This document shows, piece by piece, positions 24,994-36,000 of a stretch of 64,000 nt of DNA. Origin of the DNA: Octopus sinensis (Eukaryota); contig NC_043011.1 of assembly GCF_006345805.1 (NCBI RefSeq), positions 10,788,001 to 10,852,000 of the forward strand, read 5' to 3'. Position 1 is the stretch's first letter. Every line of letters begins with the position of its first letter. The notes under the pieces were generated by a model. That model saw only the letters and a program-made list of their open reading frames with translations. It did not search any database and had not been told where the DNA came from. The position numbers and the translations under genes were made by a program.

Positions 24994-25088
24994 GCCGGTG
25001 GTACTCACGAGGTCACATACAAACATACTAACACAAATGTTTATATATATATATATATATATAAACATTTGTGTTAGTATGTTTGTAT
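24800..25088 (-). mobile_element. Short PLE-type terminal fragment with hammerhead (24889-24923) and a 72-bp palindrome (25017-25088)
   Basis: gttt CCGACGA a gagc tcc gctc GAAA ca TT aaac on the minus strand; palindrome centred on (TA)n. Confidence 0.6.
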
Positions 25089-25128
25089 ACACAAACTCAG
25101 ACACATATATCTGGTTTGTGAGGAATGT

Positions 25129-26458
25129 ATCATCATCATCGTTTAACGTCCGTTCTCTATGCTAGCATGGGTTGGACGGTTCGACCGGGGATCTGGGAAG
25201 CCAGAAGGCTGCACCAGGCTCCGGTCTTATCTGGCAATGTTTCTACAGCTTGATGCCCTTCATAACATCAACCACTCCATGAGAGTAGTGGGTGCTTTTT
25301 ACGTGCCACCTGCACTGGTGCCAAGCGAGGCTGGCATCGGCCACGGTCGGATTGGTGCATTTTATGTGCCACTGGCACGGAAGCCAGTCGAGGCGGCACT
25401 GGCTTCGGCCACGATTCGGATGGTGCTTTTTACGTGCCACCGACACGGAAGCCAGTCGAGGCGGCGCTGGCATTGGCCACGATTCGGATAGTGCTTTTTA
25501 TGTATCTCCAGTCCAGGGATCCTGGCATCTGCCGGGTGCCAGTCATAGGATTGGTTCAATTTCGATTTCACCTGCCCCAACAGGTCTTCGCAAGCAAAGT
25601 GTCTTCGGTGCCTGTCGTCGGATGAGGTTCGATATCGACTTCACTTGCCTCAACAGGTTTTGTGTGTCCAAGGGAGGAAAGGCATGCATAAGTGGGCTGG
25701 ACTCACTTGTCCTGCCAGGTCTTCTCACGCACAGCATATTTCCAAAGGTCTCGGTCACTGGTCATTTCCTCAGTGAGGCCTAAAGTTCGAAGGTCGTGCT
25801 TCACCACCTCGTCCCAGGTTTTCCTGGGTCTACCTCTTCCACGGGTTCCCTCAACTGCTAGGGATTGGCACTTTTTCACACACCTATCTTCAGCCATTCT
25901 CGCCACATGACCATACCAGCACAATCGTCTCTCTTGCACACCACAACTGATGCTTCTTAGGTCCAACATTTCTCTCAGGGTACTAACGCTCTGTTGAGTA
26001 TGCACACTGACATTACACATCCATCGGAGCATACTGGCTTCATTCCTCGCGAGCTTACACATGTCCTCAGCAGTCACGGCCCATGTTTCACTGCCATGTA
26101 GCATGGCTGTTCGTACACATGCATCATACAGTCTGCCTTTTACTCTGAGCGAGAGGCCTTTAGTCACCAGCAGAGGTAAGAGCTACCTAAACTTTGCCCA
26201 GGCTATTCTTACTCTAGCAGTTACACTTTCAACGCACCCACCCCCACTACTGACTTGGTCACCTAGATAACGGAAGCTATCAACTACTTCTAGCTTTTCC
26301 CCCTGGAAAGTGACGGAAGTTGTCTTCTGCAGATTTTCAGAGGTTAATGCTCCTGAGCATCTGCCACATACAAAAACTATCTTCCCAGTTAGCCTTCCTT
26401 TGACATTGCTGCACCTCTTATGTGTCCATAGCTTACACTGGGTACATCTTATAGAGTT
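25129..26458 (-). mobile_element. 5'-truncated RTE LINE with minisatellite-containing 3' UTR
   Basis: ORF 25703-26167 KGRLYDACVRTAMLHGSETW..GRGRPRKTW; (ATC)n at the left end. Confidence 0.92.
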
Positions 26459-26479
26459 CCAGGTACATCTTATAGAGTA

Positions 26480-27400
26480 TGTATATCATTATTCAGTTTA
26501 TTTCAAGATTTCTTTCCAATAGAGAAAGAACCAGTTTCTAACCTAGATCCAAGGCTCCTTCATTGGAATTTCAACAACAGAGTGTGTGCATGTGTATTCC
26601 CATGCATATAGTTACATATCTAGACATGCTCATATATATTTAAATGATAAAGCTCTGGTAAGTTTTAGAGATTTTTACAGTTCTAGTGATGGATTGGATC
26701 TGTAGTCTTCAAATTAGCGTTCTCCTTTCTGGTTTTGAGAGGCCTAATTTCTCAAGATTTGTATATAGGCAGTGTGTTGCATAATTCTGGATGCAGATTG
26801 TCCCAATATGATTTCAATTGTTACATATAGCCAACAGTGGGGTTTTGCTTTGCTTTTCCGTGGCAGTTAAATAGATCTGTAGTGGTTAAGGGTGTGTCAG
26901 TATGTATTGAGGTAAACAGAGGTGACAGGCATGTGGATGCCTTCCAAGAAAATAATTGAATGACATCGATTTACAGTTTAACTAATTTATTTACTGTACT
27001 TGCATTATTTGTTGGTATTCACAATTCTTCACTACATGTATTTGTTCACAACTGCAATGAGTTGGGAGGAATAAAAACAGGGTACATCTGTGTAGGTGAT
27101 ATGTTAGAACTGAATATGTTTGTGTCTGTGTGTGTGTGTCGTTCATCTGAGAAAGTAGTCTCGGCCATGTCCCTTCGTTCGAACCTTTCTCTTGCTCTCC
27201 ACCTGTCTGTCACAAACCTTTCAGACTGCATCCTAGGCCATTCTTGTCTGTCCCTCTGATGACCACGGTATTTATAACAGCCATGGTAGCTAGAAGGACA
27301 GACATACTGCAGCAGAGATTGTGTCTAAATAGGTCAGTTGAACTTTGCCTGACATGGCTGAGGCCGTAGGTCAAAAGGAGATGATTTATCATTTTTTGAC
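26480..27400 (-). mobile_element. Highly degenerate PLE-like remnant
   Basis: VVIRGTDKNG (ADKG-like) precedes PVTSVYLNT (DVxSLYTN-like); decayed CCAATGA...GAAACTGGT at 26524-26572; related segment inverted at ~45.4-45.6 kb. Confidence 0.4.
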
Positions 27401-28101
27401 AGGACAAAGAAAATTATTTTCACACCTGTTGGTCGTGGTGGTTCAGAGTGAGAATCCTTAGATTCAGTTTCGAATCTAAGCTTGGAGAAGGGAAGTGTTA
27501 ATTTTTACAGATCATTATTCAATTCATAACTCCAAGAGAGATGAGTTTTGTAGTTACAGTTTCTTCTAGAACTACAGCTAGAAATTGTTTACCTGCTCAA
27601 CTGTTGTTTTTGTTCTGTTCCTCAACTGTGTTGTTGTTGTTGTCGATGTGTCCAGCCATGTTGTTTGTAGTAACTCTCTGCATGCTAAATTCAAGTTCCA
27701 GCTGCAAATCACTACGATCATGAATAAAAGGCTCTCTCAGTTAATTCCTCTGAAGATTAACCAGTTATTTAACAAGGCCGACAGTTGTGGCTCCAAAGTT
27801 GGATATAGTATTCGTTGTATTTTTGATAAATTATCTCCCATGCCAAAACACGCAACTTGTCACTTTGAGTATGTATGTAAGTTTTTCCCTCAGACATATT
27901 AGGGATACACTGTCTGGGAAGCATGCAAAGCAATGTCTTCCCAGATTAAACTATGAATAGTAATTACTAGGACTTAACCCGTTGCTATACTGCCATTAAA
28001 TATATTTGTTAATCATGCACAGACCTTCTTTTAATAATAGACGGTTATATGGTGAAAGTTACATTAGTTACTATGGTGACAATAGTCTACATATCTTGCT
28101 A

Positions 28102-28133
<32 letters not shown>

Positions 28134-28294
28134 GCATACACACACACGCATACACACACGCACTATTTCACTCTCAACAACAAAAAGCTGTCTTTTTTCT
28201 TGAAACAAATTCTAATTCTATCTTTCACTCTCTCTCCATCTCTCCCCCTCTCTCTCTCACTGAAATTTCCTCTCAACAACAACAACCAGTCATT

Positions 28295-28675
28295 ATATCT
28301 TTTATCTTTTACTTGTTTCAGTCATTTAACTGCAGCCATGCTGGAGCACAGCCTTTAGTCAAACAAATCAAGTCTAGCATTTATTCTTTGTAAGACCAGT
28401 ACTTATTCTATTGGTCTCTTTTGCCGAACCACTAAGTAACAGGATGTAAACACACCCGCATTGGTTACCAAGTGATGGTGGGGGGAGGAAAAACAAAAAC
28501 ATATACATATATACATACGACGGGCTTCATTCAGTTTCCATCTACCAATTCCACTTGCAAGGCTTTGGTCAGCCAAAAGCTATAGTAGAAGACACTTGCC
28601 CAAGATGTCACGTAGTGGGAATGAACCCAAAACTATATAGTTGGGAAGCAAGCTTCTTACCACATAGTCATGCCA
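28295..28675 (-). mobile_element. Composite tRNA-derived SINE (head, microsatellite linker, body, AAAGAT tail)
   Basis: Head like 571-717; body like 35430-35650 and 58340-58625. Confidence 0.75.
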
Positions 28676-29015
28676 GTGCTTTACTTTTTTCAAGTCTAGT
28701 ACTTATTCTATTGATATCTTTTGTCGAACCACTGAGTTATAGGGACATAAACAAAACAACACCAGTTGTCAAGTGATGGTGGGGGACAAACACAGAAACA
28801 AAGACACACACACACATATTGTTATGGTATATTCTGTTAAGAACATAGTAGAGTACAGTATAAAGCTGAACCACCTTCAAATTTCATACCACATTATCCA
28901 GTAGTAATATCATACATACTTCCACATTTGCATTTGGTTATCTGTCATGTGTGAATAGATAATTGAAAAAATTGGGAGTCTACAAGAAGGAGTACAGTTG
29001 GACATTTATTTTTTA

Positions 29016-29121
29016 ATCACTACAATTGTTTGCACGCAATGTAGTTCACCAGGCATGCAAATACTAGATTATGCAATTGTTTCCCTGCATCACGAGAACT
29101 AGTTGTGTTTCCTCAGGTGAT
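29016..29121 (-). ncRNA. Hammerhead motif with long stem II region, G12 decayed
   Basis: atcac CTGAGGA ...~77 nt... cAAA caattg TA gtgat: perfect 5-bp stem I, palindromic ACAATTGT. Confidence 0.55.
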
Positions 29122-29216
29122 ATGTAAATATATATATATATACATATAAAAGAATTTTTTGCATAATAAGATAAAAAAAAACAAGGCTGTGTAGATATTA
29201 AAGCAGTTATAGATAG

Positions 29217-29262
29217 GTCTTACAGCTGTTTCTAGGATTAATTATATCCCTTCATCGGAGAT
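29217..29262 (-). ncRNA. Minimal hammerhead motif, U4C variant
   Basis: tct CCGATGA aggga tataattaa tcct a GAAA cagctg TA aga. Confidence 0.65.
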
Positions 29263-29771
29263 GGTGTGAGAGGATAGTTAAGTCATAGTTAGTTTAGATG
29301 TGATACAAAATACAGATTGAGGTGGAGGAAAGAAAATAGATGCAAGATATGTATGGGTATTGAAGTTGTAAATCCATTTTTTAGGCATAATGGTATATAT
29401 GCAATATTCCAATATCCTATGAATAAAGTCCAAAAGTCCAACAGAGTTTAAAATGAGTCCATCCAAATATAGAGTTCATAAGCAATGTAAGATTCCCTTA
29501 GGAGTGAGATCCTGCAGATTTTTAAACTTGGTTATTCCCAGTAGAGAATTTATATAGAGTGTTGTAGAGTCAAAGGTTTGAGACAGCCTTGCTTCTTTAA
29601 TTTCATTACGCAAAAAATTCTTATATACACACGCTGACATAGAAACAATGTTGAACCCTTTATTCGCAATATTACCAAATCTGGAACTTAACTATGGTCT
29701 GTCTATAGCATTACCTGACACCTTTGGGTTTCAATGATACCATTATCTCTTATCTCTTATATATATATATA

Positions 29772-32137
29772 TCACTTGTGCTAAATGAGGATACAAAGAG
29801 AGAGGTATGGAGACGCCACTATGAAAGGTTGCTGAATGAGGAAAATGAATGGGATAAAGAGAGTCTGCCGAATGTCGACCCAACAGAGGGACCAGCAATC
29901 CGAGTTGACAGTTCCTTAGTAGTTAAGGCAATTACAAGCATGAAAACAGGGAAAGCCCCAGGCCCATCAGGAATTACTGCAGAGATGCTCAAAATATCTG
30001 GTAGTGTCGGCTATAGCCTAGTCACCCGTATAGTTAACCAGGTGATACACGAAGGAGTCATACCCAATGACTGGTGTAGCAGCATAATAGTCAACTGCTA
30101 CAAAGGTAAAGGTGGTGCCCTAGATACAAATAACTACAGGGGTATCAAGCTGCTGGATCAGGTAATGAAGGTTACGGAGAGGGTTATAGCCCAACTAATT
30201 AGAGAGAGAGTTAGCTTAGATCAGATGCAGTTTGGGTTCGTGCCAGGGAAAAGTACTACTGATGCTATATTCCTGGTGAGACAGCTGCAGGAGAAATACC
30301 TAGCCAAAGATAAGCCCCTGTACCTGGCTTTTGTTGACATGGAGAAAGCCTTCGACAGGGTCCCCCGATCCCTTATCTGGTGGTCAATGAGGAAACTAGG
30401 GATAGATGAATGGTTAGTGAGAGCTGTGCGAGCCATGTACAAAGACGCTGCTAGTAAGGTAAGGGTTGGCATCGAGTACAGTGAAGAATTCCGGGTAGAG
30501 GTTGGGGTCCACCAAGCTTCAGTCTTCAGTCCCCTCCTATTTATCATAGTCCTCCAGGCAATAACGGAGGAATTCAAGACAGGATGCCCCTGGGAGCTCC
30601 TCTATGCTGATGACCTTGCTCTAATTGCTGAGTCACTATCAGAACTGGAGGAGAAGTTTCAGGTGTGGAAGCAAGGATTAGAATCGAAGGGCCTTAGAGT
30701 CAACCTAGCCAAAACCAAAGTCCTAATAAGTAGGAAGGTAGACCAATCACAAACGACTTCAGGTAGATGGCCTTGCTCGATCTGTAAAAAAGGTGTAGGT
30801 AGAAACTCTATAAGGTGCACCAAGTGTAAGCTATGGACACATAAGAGGTGCAGCAATGTCAAAGGAAGGCTAACTAGGAAAATAGTTTTTGTCTGTGGCA
30901 GATGCTCAGGAGCAATAAACACTGAAAATGCACAGAGACCAACTTCCACCACATTTCAGAAATAGTTGATAGCTTCCGTTACCTAGGTGACCAAGTCAGT
31001 AGCGGGGGTGGGTGTGCTGAAAGTGTAACTGCTAGAGTAAGAATAGCCTGGGCAAAGTTTAGAGAGCTCTTACCCCAGCTGGTGACAAAATGTCTCTCGC
31101 TCAGAGTAAATGGCAGACTGTATGATGCATGTGTACGTACAGCCATGCAACATGGTAGTGAAACATGGGCCGTGACTGCTGAGGACATGTGTAAGCTCGC
31201 AAGAAATGAAGCCAGTATGCTCCGATGGATGTGTAATGTCAGTGTTCATAATGACAGAGTGTAAGTACCTTGAGAGAAAAGTTGGACCTAAGAAGCATCA
31301 GTTGTGGTGTGCAAGAGAGACGTTTGTGCTGGTATGGTCATGTGGCGAGAATGGCTGAAGATAGTTGTGTGCAAAAGTGCCACACCCTAGTGGTTGAGGG
31401 AACCTGTGGAAGAGGTAGACCCAGGTGGTGAAGCACGACCTTCGCACTTTAGGTCTCACCAAGGAAATGACTAGAGACCGAGACCTATGGAAATATGCTG
31501 AGCGTGAGAAGACCCGGCAAGACTAGTGAGACCATAACCCGTGGCCTCTACCTGGTATGTAGCCAGTCGACTTATACATACCTTTCCTTCTTGGGACACA
31601 AAACTCCACTTGTGAAGACCCGTTGAGGGAAGTGAAAATCAAAATCAAAATCAAAATCAAAATCAAAATCAAATCAAATCAGATATCAGAAAGCAGAACC
31701 AAAATCGAAGTCGATCAACATTAATGGAAATTGCGGCTGTGATACCAGTGCCGGTGACAAGTAAGCGAACCATTTGATCATGGCCGTTGCCAGCGCCGCC
31801 GTGACTGGCCTCCGTGACGGTGACACGTAAAAAGCACCATCCGTTCGTGGCCATTGCCAGCCTCGCCTGGCCCCCGTGCCGGTGGCACGTAAAAGCACCA
31901 TCTGTTCGTGGCCGTTTGCCAGCTCCGTCTGACTCCTGTGCGGGTGGCACGTAAAAAGCACCCACTACACTCGTGGAGTGGTTGGCGTTAGGAAGGGCAT
32001 CCAGCTGTAGAAACACTGCCAGATCATACTGGGCCTGATGCAGCCTTCTGGCTTCACAGACCCCAGTTGAACCATCCAACCCATGCTAGCATGGAAAACG
32101 GATGCTAAATGAAGATGATGATGATGATGATGATGAT
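29772..32137 (+). mobile_element. 5'-truncated RTE LINE containing the whole RT domain, inserted in a (TA)n run
   Basis: ORF 29724-30965 MKTGKAPGPSGI..NYRGIKLL..QFGFVPG..FVDMEKAFDRV..LYADD..PHD; (GAT)n tail; (TA)n on both flanks. Confidence 0.95.
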
Positions 32138-32148
32138 ATATATATATA

Positions 32149-34539
32149 CTAGCAGAATTGCCCGGCGATGCTCGGGGCTGAATTGCTTGAAAGTACTGTT
32201 AATGATTGCACTGAATTATGATGATTATTCAGGCAAATATTGATATAAGCTTACGGTGGGAGATAAGGACTTAACGATCAAACGTGTGCCATTGCATTGT
32301 TTTGGCGGAACCAAATTTCTAATGAGCATTATAGGGGCACCAACTTTAAGTTTGAGAATGTGTGGTGGTAGTCCGGTGGGGCTCAAAGGAATTGAGTACC
32401 TCTATTGGATAGTTGATGACGTCCTCTGGGTCAGGAGTTGTATCGATAGACTTATATACATAGACATCCCCAGGAATGAGTTTTAGAATTTTATCATTAA
32501 TATGGTGAACAGTTTTATTCCTCGGGGCTAGAATAGCCCTTTGGCCAATCCAATCCATATTCTGATAATTAGCTTGTAGATCTGGGAACACTGCATCTCT
32601 GAGATCAGAAGGCGTTTTAACAATGGTACAAATGGAATCGATAGCAATATTACCATTTTCATCCCCTGGTATTTTGCCTTCGCCAAGTGCAAGGAGGGTG
32701 TGAGAAAATGCTGCTGATGTGATATTACGTCGCATATGAGCACGCATATTGGTGTGAAGTTTGAGAGTCTTCACCAGTGGCCACAATGTGGATGACTTAA
32801 GACACGCACTTACTGCATCAGTTCTAGTCCCTTTGGGAATAACAGGAAGTGTTTGTCGGAAATCCCCTGAAAGAAGAAGTGTTATGCCACCCATGGGAGC
32901 TGAAGAGTGTTTGATGTCTCTGAGAGATCTATCTAGTGCCTCAATAGCACCTCTGTGGGCCATCGTGCATTCATCCCAAACGATAAGCTTGCATCGTCTG
33001 AAGACTTCTGCCTGATCGGAGCTGTTACTGATGTTGCAAGTTGGTGTCTCAGTCTTCGCTAAGTCAAGCGGAAGCTTGAAAGTGGAGTGAGCTGTCCTGC
33101 CGCCTGGCAACAAAGTAGCCACAATTCCAGATGATGCCACAGCTAGGGCAATGCCTTGTGTTCGTCTAATCTCAGCCAATATTAATTTGTTGAGAAAAGT
33201 TTTCCCAGTGCCCCCAGGAGCGTCCAGGAAAAATATCCCCACAGCTTTGGCCCGGACTGAATTAACAACGGAGTTGTAAGCGAACTTCTGTTCTGGAAGG
33301 AGCTTTGGCTCATTGTCGGCTATGTACTCGACATTAAAACATGTCTCACGCAACAAATGTGAAGACAGAGTGTTTGTGCCTTCCCGGTTTGTTGAAGGTA
33401 GGCCATAGACCGGCAAGGCACTACCGCCCATATCAAGTACAGTATCTTTGAACGTAGTTTGTTACCACACAGCCACACCTGCTCCTATGTATATGTGTGT
33501 GTGTGTGTATGTACATGTGTGTGTATGGGTAGATATATTATGCATGTATATATGTGTATATATATATATATATATGTGTACATATTACATGTACATCTAT
33601 ATATATATATACATCTACACATAAAATACAAAATAGAAAGTTATATCTTGATATCGCTAGTGATAACAATACTCAAAATATATAACAGACTGGAATTGTA
33701 GGCCCGTCTCTTGCAATTTCGATCAATTGGATCTTGTCTCCCTCTTGTATAGAAGTGTACGGCTGCAGCGAAATTCATTTTTGGACTTTCTTCTATCGAA
33801 GGCATTTTAACAAAAATGCTTCCGTAAAGACGGCGAAAATATTGTCAATTTCCCCAAAAAGGGACACAATTCAATTTGAAAACAATAACGAAAGCCCCTT
33901 CTCCGAAAGGGGGAGGGTTACGATTTACAATTATTTAACAAATGCAACACAACAACGTTTCCCTGACGAGGAACCAACAAACGTGATTACAATAGTCAAA
34001 CAGTAATAATAATAACAACAAACCTTTTTAATGTATCCCCATTTATGTGAAACCACTTATTCAAGTTCAAGTCATTGATGCAATTTTATACGAATTGCTA
34101 ATACACACACACATAATAAGGGTGAAAAATTGAATATTAATTTGATTAATATGAATTGAAATCCAGTGGTGTAGCATATAAGATCACAGCGGATCTTCTT
34201 CTAGCAAAAAGGATGACCAGTATTAATTGCTCATCCCTTTTATATAAATACTTTCACTTTAATTGTTGCACACTTGCAAAGGAGAAAGGAGGAGAAAGTG
34301 TAGTGGTAATGGTAGGAGTGAAGCACTTGAAATGAAAGAGGGAAATCGTAAAATATTTACTTTTCTCGAATTTTTGCTTAATTGGGGGTGAAATTGAAAA
34401 AACTTTACATGCTACGACCCAATGGAATCTACTTGTAAAAATGATAGGTAAATTCCAATTGAAGAAATTCTATATTGTAGAATTGTATAAAAAAACGAAC
34501 AGTTTGGGAGGCAGAGAAAATCTGCCTTTTATCATAAGA
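32149..34539 (-). mobile_element. Internally deleted Helitron with PIF1 helicase segment
   Basis: 3' CCCG..CGGG hairpin plus CTAG at 32149-32152; helicase ORF; candidate 5' TC terminus at 34539 like that at ~36469; linkage of the two halves across 33460-33620 is uncertain. Confidence 0.7.
32346..33431 (-). pseudogene. Helitron PIF1-family helicase fragment (361 aa open)
   Basis: FLDAPGGTGKT (Walker A), AVASSGI, GRTAHSTFKLP, IVWDECTM, GDFRQTLPV, RAILAPRN; no Rep domain. Confidence 0.93.
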
Positions 34540-34934
34540 CTAGCAGTATCGCCCGGCGTAGCTCGGGTTTGTAAGGGAAATAATTATATAAGCATTTTTA
34601 GAGATGTAAAGTATAATAGCCATCTCAATATGGCTAACCACAAAGGGGGAGGGGTGTTACTGTAGCTTTTTACGTTCTGAGATTTAATAATAAATTTTAG
34701 AGAGTTACTTCCCTTATATATGTCAAAAATGGATTAAAAATGGGAAAAATTGATGGTAAATTTTTTTTTAAATCGTAGACTCATCGTAGACGCGCGCTAA
34801 TACCCAGACGGTCTCGATATGAATCACGACTATAAGATACCCGGTTTTGGTTAAACTGCACTGCAAAATGTGGGAGTAGTTAGGAATCTAAATCGTAGGA
34901 GACAGACACACAACCTCACTTTTATATATAAAGA
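34540..34934 (-). mobile_element. Non-autonomous Helitron (395 bp)
   Basis: Minus strand A|TCTTTATATATAAAA...CCCGAGCTACGCCGGGCGATACTGCTAG|T: 5' TC, 3' hairpin + CTAG, AT target, no TSD. Confidence 0.85.
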
Positions 34935-35028
34935 TTTCCTCTATTTACATAATATTGAGGTCTCTTTCTTTCTTTTGTTATCTTACTGTTTTTACCAATA
35001 TACATATATATATATAATATATATATAG

Positions 35029-35350
35029 TTACAGAGATGTACTTGCATAGCAAGTGACTTGATCTGAGATCGTGTGCTGGAACGAAAACAGTTGCAGCGT
35101 TGAAGGTGTTTATAAGCCATTTAAGAAACACACAAAAACCGTTAGATTCACTTCAACATTTAAATTTAATTTGTCAAAATATTTTCGTCGCTTTGAGACC
35201 GCGACCTGTGAGCACGATATTTTTGTCAGTGAACAGGTCGCAGTCTCAAAGCGAGGAAAATATTTTGGCAAATTAAATTTAAATGTTGAAGTGAATCTAA
35301 CGGTTTTTGTGTGTTTCTTAAATGGCTTACAAACACCTTCCACGCTGCAA
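35029..35350. mobile_element. Palindromic fold-back element (arms 35092-35209 / 35233-35350) carrying a hammerhead variant, flanked by (TA)n
   Basis: ~118-bp near-perfect inverted arms; extension on one arm only (35029-35091). Confidence 0.85.
35222..35272 (+). ncRNA. Minimal hammerhead motif, G3-C8 core variant
   Basis: tttgtca GTGAACA g gtcgc agtctcaaa gcgag GAAA atat TT tggcaaa; the opposite arm supplies the perfect gcgac and tgacaaa. Confidence 0.7.
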
Positions 35351-35715
35351 TATATATATACACACAAATATATATATGTATGTATGTATGTATGTGTGTA
35401 TATGTGTATGCATGTATGTGTGTGTGTGTGCGTGTCTGTGCTTGTGATTGTCCTCCACCACTGCTTGACAACGAATGTTGGTTTGTTTACATCCCTGTCA
35501 CCTAGTGGTTTGACAAAGGAAACAGATAGAATAAGTACAATGCTTACAAAAATAAAACTGGAGTTGATTCATTAAACTACAATTCTTCAAGGCATTGCCC
35601 CAGCATGGCCACAGACCAATGGCTTGAAAAAGCAGAAGAATAAAAGAATACATTCTCTGCTTTGGTCTTATGTTCAAGGCATGAGAAAGCTTGAGTTTAC
35701 ATGAGAAGGCCTAAC

Positions 35716-36000
35716 AGACCTGGTAGAAACAGCAGCCAAATCTCCCTCAAATCACACCTCATTGTCTTATGTATGTATATATATATGAGCCAATGAGGGG
35801 GACCTCTACATGGTAGCTAGACCTGGTAGAAATAGCAGCCAAATTTCCCCCAAATCACACCTTACTGTCTTATCTATGTATATATGTATGTATGAGCCTA
35901 TGAGGGAGACCCCTACATGGCAGCTAGACATGGTAGAAATAGCAGCCAAACCTCCCTCAAATCACACCTTACTGTCTTATGTATGTATATATATATATAT
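35716..36000. repeat. Tandem repeat, ~3 units of 103-107 bp
   Basis: AGAC(C/A)TGGTAGAAA(C/T)AGCAGCCAAA..AAATCACACC starts at 35716, 35819 and 35926. Confidence 0.9.

Noticed and set aside
25270-25510. CRISPR-like array (conserved anchor with variable spacers)
   Set aside because: Spacers are homologous to each other, the array lies inside a LINE 3' UTR, the context is eukaryotic and there are no cas genes
32346-33431. Host PIF1 gene
   Set aside because: Intronless, truncated, and followed by a Helitron hairpin-CTAG end
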